Shown here piece after piece: positions 35,823 to 44,596 of a stretch of DNA of 44,596 nucleotides. The notes beneath the pieces are model-generated. The model made no database searches. It was not told where the DNA came from and worked only from the letters and a program-made list of their open reading frames with translations. Numbering within the stretch: position 1 is the first letter of the stretch; the number at the start of each line of letters is the position of its first letter. A program made the translations under genes and the position numbers. Source of the DNA: Candidatus Harrisonbacteria bacterium RIFCSPHIGHO2_02_FULL_40_20. GTDB lineage: Bacteria; Patescibacteriota; Minisyncoccia; UBA6257; WO2-44-18. The stretch spans positions 1 through 44,596 of the forward strand of contig MHJF01000011.1 in assembly GCA_001818675.1 (NCBI GenBank), written 5' to 3'.

Positions 35823-37103
35823 ATGAAAAAATCTAAAAATAAAAATCTTATTAATAGTCCAAAAGGAATGCATGATATTCTTCCGCAGGATCAGCCGATT
35901 TGGGAAAAAATGCGCAAAGTGGCTAAGGACATTTCCGATTCTTATAATTTTTCACGAATCGATACTCCCATCGTTGAGTATGCGTCTCTTTATGAGAGGC
36001 CGTTGGGGGCGGGCAGCGATGTAGTGGAAAAACAAATGTTTATTTTAAATACTAAAGGAGGGGATGGGCTGGCGTTGCGTCCGGAGGGCACCGCGGGAGT
36101 GTCTCGGGCTTATCTTCAGCATGGCTTAAGCCATTTGGCCCAGCCGTTGAAGCTATATTATGAAGGCCCGATGTTCCGTTATGAGCATCCGCAAGCTGGG
36201 CGTTTTCGCCAATTTTATCAATCCGGGTTTGAAATTATTGGATCGGAAGGCGATGCGGTTTATGATGTTCAGGTTATTTTAGCTTGCGTTCGTCTATTAG
36301 AAACTTTGAAAATTAAAAATTTGTCTATTGAGGTCAATACTATTGGGTGTAGAACTTGCCGGCCAAATTATCGGAGAAAACTTTTGGAATATTATAAGGG
36401 CAAAGAAAAGAAAATTTGCGCTGATTGCCAGAGGAGATTAAAAAATAATCCTTTGCGGGTTTTGGATTGTAAGGAAGATATATGTCAGCCTTTTATTAAA
36501 GAGGCGCCGATTATGTTGGAGAATTTATGCGTTTTTTGCAACAAGCATTTTAAAGCGGTTTTAGACCATTTGGAGGAGTTGGCGCTGCCTTATAGGTTAA
36601 ATAATCATTTGGTTCGGGGTTTTGATTATTATAATCGGACCGTTTTTGAAATTTTTACCGAAGGCTTTGCTCCAGCTTTAGCGGCGGGCGGCCGGTATGA
36701 TTATTTAATGGAAATGATTGGCGGTCGGGCAACGCCGGCGGTAGGCGGCGCTATTGGCCTAGACAGGTTAGTGGAGATTATTAAGTCTCACGAAATTAAT
36801 CTTATTGCTAAGAAAAAACCAAAAATATTTTTAGTTCATATTGGCGATGAGGCGAGAAAAAAGGCCTTAACTATCGTAGAGTCTTTATTATTGGCGGGCA
36901 TTGATGTTTATGAGTCTTTAGGTAAAGATTCTTTAAGGGCGCAATTGAAAATTGCCGATAAAATAGCATCGCCGTTGGCGTTAATTTTTGGGCAGCAGGA
37001 AGTTTTTGAGCAAACGATTATTATTCGGGACATGAAGACTGGCGCTCAGGAAACTGTTCCGTTGGTCAAGATCGCTAATGTTCTTAAGAAAAGATTGAAG
37101 TAG
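35823..37103 (+). CDS. hisS: Histidine--tRNA ligase
   Basis: PKGMHD, LRPEGTA, FRYEHPQAGRFRQF, LVRGFDYY, AGGRYD. Confidence 0.97.
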   Translation: MKKSKNKNLINSPKGMHDILPQDQPIWEKMRKVAKDISDSYNFSRIDTPIVEYASLYERPLGAGSDVVEKQMFILNTKGGDGLALRPEGTAGVSRAYLQHGLSHLAQPLKLYYEGPMFRYEHPQAGRFRQFYQSGFEIIGSEGDAVYDVQVILACVRLLETLKIKNLSIEVNTIGCRTCRPNYRRKLLEYYKGKEKKICADCQRRLKNNPLRVLDCKEDICQPFIKEAPIMLENLCVFCNKHFKAVLDHLEELALPYRLNNHLVRGFDYYNRTVFEIFTEGFAPALAAGGRYDYLMEMIGGRATPAVGGAIGLDRLVEIIKSHEINLIAKKKPKIFLVHIGDEARKKALTIVESLLLAGIDVYESLGKDSLRAQLKIADKIASPLALIFGQQEVFEQTIIIRDMKTGAQETVPLVKIANVLKKRLK

Positions 37104-37107
37104 CGCA

Positions 37108-37440
37108 ATGTATTCTTGTTTATTTTGTAAAATAGCCAATAAGCAAATTTCATCGGAAATTGTTTTTGAAAATGACAGCCTTCTGGCTTTTAAAGACATA
37201 CGGCCTTCGGCTCCGGTGCATTATTTGATAGTGCCTAAAGAGCATATTCAATCCATTGCTCATTTAAAAGATAATCACCGCGGCGTACTTTCTGATTTGG
37301 TTTTTTCTGCTAAAGCTCTAGCTTTGAAATTAGGATTGGGGGGTTATAAATTAGTTTTTAATGTCGGGCGTGAAGGCGGCCAAATCATTGACCATTTGCA
37401 TCTTCATTTGCTGGGCGGTTGGACAAATAATGAGAAATGA
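37108..37440 (+). CDS. HIT-family nucleotide-binding protein
   Basis: CLFCKI, HYLIVPKEH, GQIIDHLHLHLLGG. Confidence 0.93.
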   Translation: MYSCLFCKIANKQISSEIVFENDSLLAFKDIRPSAPVHYLIVPKEHIQSIAHLKDNHRGVLSDLVFSAKALALKLGLGGYKLVFNVGREGGQIIDHLHLHLLGGWTNNEK

Positions 37441-37457
37441 GATAATATATTTTAAAT

Positions 37458-37679
37458 ATGCCTATCGAAGTTCGTAAAAAGGAAAATGAAAGTCCAAGTT
37501 ATCTTATTAATCGCTTTACCAAAAAGATGCAGCAAAGCGGTGTTTTGCGTGAAGTAAAAAATAGGCGTTTTTATAAACGCACTGTTAATAAAAGCCGCAG
37601 AAGGGTGAAGGCTTTGCATCGCGAAGAAAAAAAGAAAGAATTTTTGAAAGCCAAGAAATTAGGAATCACTTTAAGTTAA
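37458..37679 (+). CDS. rpsU: 30S ribosomal protein S21
   Basis: EVRKKENES...RFTKKMQQSGVLREVKNRRFY; hit-rpsU-yqeY synteny. Confidence 0.85.
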   Translation: MPIEVRKKENESPSYLINRFTKKMQQSGVLREVKNRRFYKRTVNKSRRRVKALHREEKKKEFLKAKKLGITLS

Positions 37680-37768
37680 TATTTAATCTCTGACATTTAA
37701 CATTGTGACCGACTAGCAGACATATTATAGTTAGGTGTCAATTGTTAGGTGTTCATTGTTAAAAAACT

Positions 37769-38233
37769 ATGTTGAAGCAACGAGTTCTCAGCGACATTAA
37801 AGATGCTATGAAGTCAGGCGACCAAAATAAGGTCGGGGTTTTGCGTTTAGTAAGTTCGGCTATTAAAAATAAAGAGATTGAAATGAAACCTAAACTTGGA
37901 GATTCAGAAATGCCAGAAGATATGGTTTTAGCGGTTATAATGATGGAAGCAAAAAAACGAAAAGAAGCAATAGAAATCTTTAAACAAGGCGGGCGTAATG
38001 ATTTGGCAGAAAAAGAGCAGATGGAATTGGCAATTATTCAAGGTTATTTGCCCCAGCAATTGAGCAAGGAAGAAGTAGAAAAGGAAATTGAAAAGATTTT
38101 AGGAGACAATCTTTTAGCTGGTAATTTTGGATTAGCGATGAAAGAGGTAATGAAATCTTTGAAGGGGAAGGCCGACGGATCTTTGGTCGGGGAGATTTTA
38201 AAGAAAAAATTTAGCAGCAACGAATCCCGTTAG
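37769..38233 (+). CDS. GatB/YqeY domain protein
   Basis: IKDAMKSGD...LR...AIKN.EI, KKRKEAIEIF...GRNDLAEKE..E, YLPQQLS, GKADG. Confidence 0.93.
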   Translation: MLKQRVLSDIKDAMKSGDQNKVGVLRLVSSAIKNKEIEMKPKLGDSEMPEDMVLAVIMMEAKKRKEAIEIFKQGGRNDLAEKEQMELAIIQGYLPQQLSKEEVEKEIEKILGDNLLAGNFGLAMKEVMKSLKGKADGSLVGEILKKKFSSNESR

Positions 38234-38340
38234 AGGCAACTCAAATATATTATTTTTTTTGGATATACTTTTATTAAAAAATATTTTTATTAAAAAAACG
38301 GTCATATTACGGTCGCCTCTGGCGACCTGCCTCTAACGGG
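38226..38340. mobile_element. 115-bp MITE-like element (CCCGTTAGAGGCA...TGCCTCTAACGGG) at the yqeY/ybeY junction
   Basis: 13-bp perfect TIR; flanks ACGAAT/ATGAAT (6-bp duplication, 1 mismatch); internal hairpin ggtcgcc-tct-ggcgacc. Confidence 0.85.
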
Positions 38341-38754
38341 ATGAATAGAGTTGTCGTCTTATCATTAAAGAAAAAATTTAAAAAGCTGGAATTTAAAATT
38401 CAGACCCTAGGTAGAGAATTATTGAAAGCGGAAAAGAAAGACGGATTTTATTTTGAAGTTTATTTGGTAGATAGGGCTTTTATGAATAAAAATGTATTGG
38501 CTTTTCCTGCCCCGCGTTTTTTTAACAGACCGGATATTAAACAAAAAAATCTCGGAGAAATTTATCTAAACCCGGACTATATAAGAAATGAGAAATTAGA
38601 AATTAGAAATAAAGAATTGAATTTTGATAAAAAGTTGCGATACTTGCTTATTCACGGATTTTTGCACCTTTTGGGCTATGGCCACAAGAAGAAGGGTGAT
38701 ACAATTATTATGCAAAGAAAGGAAGCTAAGCTTCTTTCTAAATTCAGGAATTAA
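38341..38754 (+). CDS. ybeY: rRNA maturation endoribonuclease YbeY (shortened)
   Basis: NVLAFP, LGEIYL, IHGFLHLLGYGH, MQRKE. Confidence 0.85.
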   Translation: MNRVVVLSLKKKFKKLEFKIQTLGRELLKAEKKDGFYFEVYLVDRAFMNKNVLAFPAPRFFNRPDIKQKNLGEIYLNPDYIRNEKLEIRNKELNFDKKLRYLLIHGFLHLLGYGHKKKGDTIIMQRKEAKLLSKFRN

Positions 38755-38755
38755 T

Positions 38756-39982
38756 ATGAGCAATTACATTGTTGGTCTAGATATAGGTTCACAAAATATT
38801 AAAGCGGCAGTAGCGGAATTAAGAAAGGACGGCAAGCCTTATTTGATTAGGGTTTTTAAATCTCCTTCCGAAGGAATAAGAAAAGGAACAATAGCGGAGG
38901 TGGGAGAAGCCACGCGTTCTATTTCCCATGTTCTTTCCGAGGTAAAAAAGATTTCTAAGAGCGCTATTAAAAATATTTATCTTGGCGTAGGCAGCCATGA
39001 TTCCAAGGTTTTGTTTTCTAAGGGGGTGGCAGCAGTTTCGCGGGCTAATTCAGAAATCTATAAAGACGATATAGATCGAGTTATTGAAGCATCGCGCGCC
39101 ATCAAAGATATTAATAATCGGATGATGCTTCATCTTATTACCCAAGAATTTATAGTAGATGGAGTTGGCGATATTAGAGATCCTATTGGTATGATTGGCA
39201 ACAGGCTGGAGGTTAATAGTTTAATTATTGATGCTTTTGAGCCTGCTATTAAAAATATAACTCGTTGTGTGGAAATTGCCGGAGGCGATGTTGCAGGATT
39301 GATTTTTAGCCCTTTGGCTTCAAGCCGGTCTGTACTGACCAAGAATCAAAAAGAATTAGGGGTTGTCTTGATTGACATTGGTTTCGGTAAAACTTCTATA
39401 TCGGTTTATGAAGAAAATAAGCTTTTGCATACCGCTATTTTTCCTGTAGGCTCTGGCAATGTTACTAATGATTTAGCTATTGGAGTGAAAAGTTCTATTG
39501 TGGCGGCGGAAATGATTAAATTTTCTTTTGGTTCAGCTTTAGCTAAGGATGTGCCGAGCAGGGAAATGATTGATTTTAAAAAAATAGATCCCGCGGCTCG
39601 AGGCACTGTTTCTCGAAGATTTATAGCAGAGATTATAGAAATGCGACTTGCTGAAATATTTGAATTTGTTAATAATGAATTGAAAAGAATAGGAAGGAGC
39701 GGGCAATTGCCCGCAGGAGCCGTCTTGGTAGGGGCTGGCGCGAAGATACCCGCGATTGTAGATTTAGCCAAGCAGGAGTTGGGTTTATCAGTCCAGGTTG
39801 GCGTTCCAGATGTTAGCGGTTTTAATCTTGGAGCGGAGCTAAGCGTCCAAATCGAAGATCCAGAATTTGCTTGTGTTGTTGGTTTGGTGGGGATGGGATT
39901 AGATAAAACCGAGGTGCCAGCTGGCCAATCTTTTCTGCCAAGAAATTTTTTCAGGAATTTATTAAAATATTTTATGCCTTAG
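38756..39982 (+). CDS. ftsA: Cell division protein FtsA
   Basis: VGLDIGS, GIRKG, DPIGM.G.RLE, LIDIG.GKT, VLVGAGA. Confidence 0.95.
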   Translation: MSNYIVGLDIGSQNIKAAVAELRKDGKPYLIRVFKSPSEGIRKGTIAEVGEATRSISHVLSEVKKISKSAIKNIYLGVGSHDSKVLFSKGVAAVSRANSEIYKDDIDRVIEASRAIKDINNRMMLHLITQEFIVDGVGDIRDPIGMIGNRLEVNSLIIDAFEPAIKNITRCVEIAGGDVAGLIFSPLASSRSVLTKNQKELGVVLIDIGFGKTSISVYEENKLLHTAIFPVGSGNVTNDLAIGVKSSIVAAEMIKFSFGSALAKDVPSREMIDFKKIDPAARGTVSRRFIAEIIEMRLAEIFEFVNNELKRIGRSGQLPAGAVLVGAGAKIPAIVDLAKQELGLSVQVGVPDVSGFNLGAELSVQIEDPEFACVVGLVGMGLDKTEVPAGQSFLPRNFFRNLLKYFMP

Positions 39983-39994
39983 GGCTGAACTATC

Positions 39995-41194
39995 ATGAGT
40001 TCTAAAAAAGAAAATATTATTAAGTCTGTAAAACCGAATCTTGATTATTCCGCCAAAATTAAAGTAGTTGGCGTTGGAGGCGGAGGCGGTAATGCCGTTT
40101 CCCGAATGAGCGACGAATTTAATTTGCGGAATGTTGATTTTATTGCCATTAATACTGATAGTCAGGATTTAGATGAGTGCGGAGTGAAACAGAAAATTTA
40201 TGTTGGGAAAAACCTTACTCGGGGTTTGGGCACTGGGATGAATCCAGAGTTAGGCCGGCAAGCAGTTGAAGAAAGCCGGTCGGAAATTACCGAAGCCTTA
40301 AAAGGCGCGGATTTGGTTTTTATTACTGCTGGCCTTGGCGGCGGCAGTGGTTCGGGCGGATCGCCGGGAGTTGCAGAGGTTGCCAGAGAGGTCGGCGCCT
40401 TGACCGTTGGTGTAGTTACTAAGCCCTTTGCTTTTGAGGGGGCGCAACGAGCTAGGATTGCTAATGAAGCTTTAGCGAAATTAAAAGAGAAAGTAGACGC
40501 GTTAATTGTTATACCGAACGATCGGATTTTTAGCGTTATTCAAAAAGACACCCCGATTATAAAGGCTTTTGAATATATAGATGATATTTTAAAAAATGCG
40601 GTTCAGGGAGTAGCGGAAATGATTGCTGAACCAGGCATTATTAATGTAGATTTTGCTGATGTGAAGGCGATTATGCAGAACGCGGGATCCGCTTTGGTGG
40701 GTATCGGAGTGGCGACTGGCCAAGATCGGGCTATGGCGGCAGTGGCGCAAGCTATTAATTCCCCGCTTTTAGAAACTTCTATCGAAGGGGCGAAAGGAGT
40801 ATTGTTTGCCGTTACCGGAACTAAGAACTTAAAAATGTCGGAAATTAATGACGTGGCTAAGATTATTAGCGAGTCGGTTGATCCAGCCGCCAAAATTATT
40901 TTCGGAGCTTATTATGACCGTAATCTTGCCAAAGAACAGATCAAGGTTACTTTAGTTGCTACTGGTTTTAACGGTACTTCTTTGAAGGGCGATGTTAGCT
41001 CTTCTTTTTCTGATTTATTTTCGTCTCCGCCTGCTATGTCTACGATTTCTGTTCCTATGCCATCGGTAAGAGAGTCCCAAAATGAAGAAAAAGATAGTAA
41101 ATCATCGGATAAAATTAATGGCGATAAGCATAATAAGAAAAGCAGTTCCGAAGTTTGGGATATACCGGCGTTTTTAAGGAAAAAGAGAAAGTAG
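39995..41194 (+). CDS. ftsZ: Cell division protein FtsZ
   Basis: VGVGGGGGNAV, INTD, PFAFEG, INVDFADV, C-terminal DIPAFLR. Confidence 0.98.
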   Translation: MSSKKENIIKSVKPNLDYSAKIKVVGVGGGGGNAVSRMSDEFNLRNVDFIAINTDSQDLDECGVKQKIYVGKNLTRGLGTGMNPELGRQAVEESRSEITEALKGADLVFITAGLGGGSGSGGSPGVAEVAREVGALTVGVVTKPFAFEGAQRARIANEALAKLKEKVDALIVIPNDRIFSVIQKDTPIIKAFEYIDDILKNAVQGVAEMIAEPGIINVDFADVKAIMQNAGSALVGIGVATGQDRAMAAVAQAINSPLLETSIEGAKGVLFAVTGTKNLKMSEINDVAKIISESVDPAAKIIFGAYYDRNLAKEQIKVTLVATGFNGTSLKGDVSSSFSDLFSSPPAMSTISVPMPSVRESQNEEKDSKSSDKINGDKHNKKSSSEVWDIPAFLRKKRK

Positions 41195-41196
41195 TT

Positions 41197-41263
41197 AGAA
41201 AACAAAAACCCCCGCCCTCTAAGCACGTATTCTATGCACAGAGGGCGGGGGTTTTTGTTTTCT
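41197..41263. terminator. Bidirectional terminator between convergent genes
   Basis: 24-bp perfect inverted repeat agaaaacaaaaacccccgccctct with a 19-nt loop. Confidence 0.85.
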
Positions 41264-41270
41264 CAGGCGT

Positions 41271-41957
41271 TTATCCTTGATGTCCAGTTTCTTCTCTCAA
41301 GCGATTCACCAAATAGGAAGCATATTCTTTGCCGCCAAGGCCGAAAGCTAATCCTCCGGCAATGGCAAGCATAGCAATTAATCCGGTAATCAAAGTATTG
41401 ATTACGCTAACTGCGATTCCAAGCTGGAGAAGAGAGGTGAGCAAACCGAATACGAATACTGACCACCAGGTCAGAGCGCCCAAAGCCTTAGCTGCATGCA
41501 ACCTAGCGCTTAATACTGAAGCTATAACCAAACCCTTTAAGAATTTGGCCGCAACTAAACTTACTAGCATTATCAAGATTGCCACAAACACGTTGGGAAT
41601 ATAATTTAAGACATCTTGAATGAATAAAGATAGGGCAGAGAATTTCAGGATATCGGAAGCTGCCAGTAAAAATACCAATACTACGAACCAATAAACAATC
41701 CGACCGACAAAATGGCCGAAATTTAAAGTAATATTGGCCCTATGAAGATAGGCATCAACACCGAGGTTTTTTAAAAGATTATCTAATTTTAAGTAGAACA
41801 AGACTCTTTCTACAATTCTTTCTAAAACCGCGGCAACGATTAAGCCTATGATTAAAGTGGCTAAAGCACCCAGTAGGCGTGGTAAAAGACCGACAAATCT
41901 GGACCATAGATCTTGTAAGGATACTGCGACTACATCAACCCAATTTTGAATAACCAT
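41271..41957 (-). CDS. TM-helix-repeat membrane protein (CmpX / MscS-associated TM helix family)
   Basis: 'LLPRLLGAL..LIIG' and 'YIPNVFVAILI' repeats, 'AGGLAFGLGGKE.A' C-terminus. Confidence 0.8.
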   Translation of the reverse strand: MVIQNWVDVVAVSLQDLWSRFVGLLPRLLGALATLIIGLIVAAVLERIVERVLFYLKLDNLLKNLGVDAYLHRANITLNFGHFVGRIVYWFVVLVFLLAASDILKFSALSLFIQDVLNYIPNVFVAILIMLVSLVAAKFLKGLVIASVLSARLHAAKALGALTWWSVFVFGLLTSLLQLGIAVSVINTLITGLIAMLAIAGGLAFGLGGKEYASYLVNRLREETGHQG

Positions 41958-42108
41958 ATATTTTCTTTATTTTTCGACCTTTTCCAAGCACATAACATTT
42001 ACGTGCTCTAAACTCTCTATAAGTTATTATAACAGTTTGTGTTATTTGGCCTGTGGATAAAATACAGGCAGAATGGCGTTTTTTGAATTTTTATGCTAGA
42101 ATAAAATT

Positions 42109-43251
42109 ATGAAAAAACTCTTGATTTTGCCGGTTTTTGGTTTAGTTTTTTTGTTTTTTAGCCCAGTTGTAGCTGAAGAAAATTCTCAATTGAATAAATC
42201 CACGCCTGTTATTGAAAATCCCGGAGTTTTGCCAACTAACCCATTTTATTTTTTAAAAGAGTGGCGTCGAGGGATCACAAGGTTTTTTACTACTAATCCT
42301 GTTGCTAGGGTGGAATTAGAGTTAAAAATCGTTAACGAAAAAGCCGCAGAAGTTGTGAAGGTCCAGGAAGCATTGCCGGAAAATACGGAAGCAATTTCCG
42401 AGGCGCTGGAAAATTATCGTTTATCTCAAGAAAGGCTGCAATCGCGCTTAGAAGCGCTCAAAGAAACTTCTAAGAATCCGAATTTGGCTAAATTATTGGG
42501 CAAATTGGCGGAGAGGGTGGTGCGCCACGAAAAACTTTTTAGCGATCTAGCCGAGAAGTTTTCCGAAAACACCGAACTTTCAACTTTAGTTAACGAAGTA
42601 AGAGGAAAGATTTCCGAATTAGTTGGCGTGGCCGCCCAGAAAGATGAGTCGGATAACTTTAATATTCGGATGAAGGAAGTTTCGTCTCAAATCGTTTTGG
42701 AAGAAACCCTAGAAAGGGCTTTGGCATCTTTGCGGGCGCAGATTGATGGCTATGAACAATTGGTTCCAGAAAAAAATTGGACTAAAGAAAATAATCCGAA
42801 AATTTACGAACTTTTAGAAAATGCCAGATATCATTTGCGTTTAGCCAACAGCGCCCTTTCTAAAAAAGATTTCGTGGAAACTAAAACGCATATTGGGCAT
42901 ATTCAAGGTTTTTTAGAAAAATTATCCAGGTTGATTAATCAGGATCCTTTATGCGGTCAAATTCAGTGTTTGCGTTATGATCCGGTTTGCGGTAAAGATG
43001 GCAAAACTTATTCTTGCGGCGAAGCGGATGCGCAATCCTGCGGCGTTTCGATTGCTTATGAGGGAGAATGCGCCAAAGAAGAGCCTGTTGCTTGCATAAC
43101 TCTTTACGCGCCGGTTTGTGGCATAAACGGCAAGACTTATTCTAATGATTGCGTGGCTGGGTCGGCCGGCATTGAAATTAAATATCAAGGGGAATGCGGT
43201 GCGGTTAAGACGGGTGGGGAGGCCCCTATTCTATTAACTCCTATTTATTAA
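42109..43251 (+). CDS. Secreted DUF5667-like protein with two C-terminal Kazal-type domains
   Basis: PGVLPTNPFYFLKEW; CLRYDPVCGKDGKTYSC...C...YEGEC and CITLYAPVCGINGKTYSNDC.A...YQGEC. Confidence 0.8.
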   Translation: MKKLLILPVFGLVFLFFSPVVAEENSQLNKSTPVIENPGVLPTNPFYFLKEWRRGITRFFTTNPVARVELELKIVNEKAAEVVKVQEALPENTEAISEALENYRLSQERLQSRLEALKETSKNPNLAKLLGKLAERVVRHEKLFSDLAEKFSENTELSTLVNEVRGKISELVGVAAQKDESDNFNIRMKEVSSQIVLEETLERALASLRAQIDGYEQLVPEKNWTKENNPKIYELLENARYHLRLANSALSKKDFVETKTHIGHIQGFLEKLSRLINQDPLCGQIQCLRYDPVCGKDGKTYSCGEADAQSCGVSIAYEGECAKEEPVACITLYAPVCGINGKTYSNDCVAGSAGIEIKYQGECGAVKTGGEAPILLTPIY

Positions 43252-43254
43252 AAT

Positions 43255-43977
43255 ATGCCTTCAAAAATAGTAGAAGTGAAAAATTTAAATGTTATTTTTG
43301 GCCAACATCAAGTTTTGGATGATTTGAGTTTCGATGTAAATAAGGGTGAAGTTTTGGCGATTATTGGCCCTAACGGAGCGGGTAAGACAGTTTTGTTTCA
43401 TGCGTTGATTGGTTTATCGCGCCCAACTTCCGGTGTTATTAATTGGAAGTCCAATGTGAAAATTGGTTATGTGCCGCAAAGATTCGACATTGAAGTTGAT
43501 TTACCATTGACCACCCGAGAGTTTTTTTATTTAAAAGGCGGCGATGTAACCGATAAAAAAATTAAGGAATTTTTGGATTTAGTTGGCATAGACCACGAGG
43601 CGCTTAATAAGGGCATTAGTCAGCTTTCAGTTGGCCAACGGCAAAGAGTTTTAGTGGCTTGGGCAGTAATGAACGAACCGGAGATTTTGCTTTTTGATGA
43701 GCCAACCGCGGATATTGATATTCGCGGCCAGCAGTCTATTTATCATTTGTTGCATAAAATTCAAGACCAAATTGGTTTTGCCGTTATTTTAATTTCTCAC
43801 GATTTAAGCGTGGTTTATAAATATGCGGACCAGGTTTTATGCTTAAATAGCAAAAGAGTCTGTATGGGTCCGCCTCGGGAGGTTTTAAGCGCCGAACAAT
43901 TATTGGAGCTTTATGGAGGTGAACAGACTTTTTATAAGCATTTGGAAAAGAGTTTTCACGAAGATCACCATGCCTGA
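43255..43977 (+). CDS. Zn/Mn-type metal ABC transporter ATP-binding protein (ZnuC-like)
   Basis: GPNGAGKT, IGYVPQ, LSVGQRQR, DEPT, SHDL, His-rich tail. Confidence 0.92.
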   Translation: MPSKIVEVKNLNVIFGQHQVLDDLSFDVNKGEVLAIIGPNGAGKTVLFHALIGLSRPTSGVINWKSNVKIGYVPQRFDIEVDLPLTTREFFYLKGGDVTDKKIKEFLDLVGIDHEALNKGISQLSVGQRQRVLVAWAVMNEPEILLFDEPTADIDIRGQQSIYHLLHKIQDQIGFAVILISHDLSVVYKYADQVLCLNSKRVCMGPPREVLSAEQLLELYGGEQTFYKHLEKSFHEDHHA

Positions 43978-44596
43978 TATTTATCCGCCTTTATTAGTTG
44001 CGATTTTTGTTTCGGCAAGCGCTGGTTTGTTGGGGGCTTTTGCAATCTTGAAAAAAATGGCTTTAGTGGGAGATGCCCTTACTCATGTGGCTTTGCCGGG
44101 CATGGCCTTGGGTTTGTTGTTTAATTTCAGCCCATTTTTAGGAGCGTTGGCATTTTTAGTTTTTGCGATTTTTGGGATTTGGCTTATGGAACGTTACAGC
44201 AAGCTTTCTACGGAAACTTTAGTGGGAATTTTTTTCTCCGCTAGTTTAGCGTTGGGCGTATTGATTACTCCCGACCATGAATTAGTAGAAGCATTGTTCG
44301 GTAATATTATTTCATTGACTTGGGCGGAAGCCATAATTTCCGCTGTAATGGCTTTGATTTTGATATTGATTATTTTAATTTTGCGAAGACAATTAGCTCT
44401 TAATATGGTTTCTTCGGAATTAGCGCAGTCTGCCGGCATTAATAATTCTCGGTTAAATTTAATTTATCTTTTGATTTTTGCGTTAGCAGTGGCTTTGGGA
44501 ATTAGATTTGTTGGGGCAGTATTAATGGGTTCATTGGTAATAATTCCAGCGGCGGCAGCGAGAAATATTGCTAGCAGTTTTAATATGTTTTTAGGA
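43970..44596 (+). CDS. Metal ABC transporter permease (ZnuB-like), truncated by the window end
   Basis: ATG 43970: MPDIYPPLLVAIF...MALVGDALTHVALPG...LFGNI...VGAVLMGSLVIIPAAAAR. Confidence 0.9.
   Translation, partial: MPDIYPPLLVAIFVSASAGLLGAFAILKKMALVGDALTHVALPGMALGLLFNFSPFLGALAFLVFAIFGIWLMERYSKLSTETLVGIFFSASLALGVLITPDHELVEALFGNIISLTWAEAIISAVMALILILIILILRRQLALNMVSSELAQSAGINNSRLNLIYLLIFALAVALGIRFVGAVLMGSLVIIPAAAARNIASSFNMFLG

Noticed and set aside
41975-41983. AAAAGGTCG upstream of the 41957 start (minus strand) as an alternative ribosome-binding motif
   Set aside because: I noticed it before only one gene in the window, so it cannot be supported here.
42052-42060. TGTGGATAA DnaA box
   Set aside because: A single box with no cluster or dnaA nearby is not evidence for an origin.

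Overview
This is a chromosomal segment from a low-GC bacterium that looks like Patescibacteria/CPR, probably Parcubacteria. The call rests on the divergent, unlinked 16S rRNA gene with an insertion, the type IV pilus cluster, the split transketolase, the N-terminally shortened RF1 and the DUF5667 and lamin-tail surface proteins. Core content: glutaredoxin/trxB, two large surface proteins, trmH, a sugar-phosphate cluster (gap, rpiB, rpe, tkt-N/C, pfkB kinase, a 422-aa unknown, fba), rplY, a lytic transglycosylase, prfA-rpmE, a solitary 16S rRNA gene, a type IV pilus locus, pth, lepB, hisS, hit, rpsU, yqeY, ybeY, ftsA, ftsZ and a metal ABC transporter cut by the window end. Three unusual layers sit on top. 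(1) Several families of tiny palindromic/MITE-like elements and heptamer tracts insert in frame in proteins, exactly at start codons, in prepilin leaders and inside the 16S rRNA; some show target-site duplications or filled and empty sites within the window. (2) The 16S 3' end lacks the anti-Shine-Dalgarno CCUCC and core genes look leaderless, yet about eight orphan genes carry strong AGGAG(G) sites, most with their own promoter and terminator hairpin. (3) One orphan resembles a stand-alone diversity-generating-retroelement target with no RT or template in the window. All calls come from reading the sequence; no searches were run.
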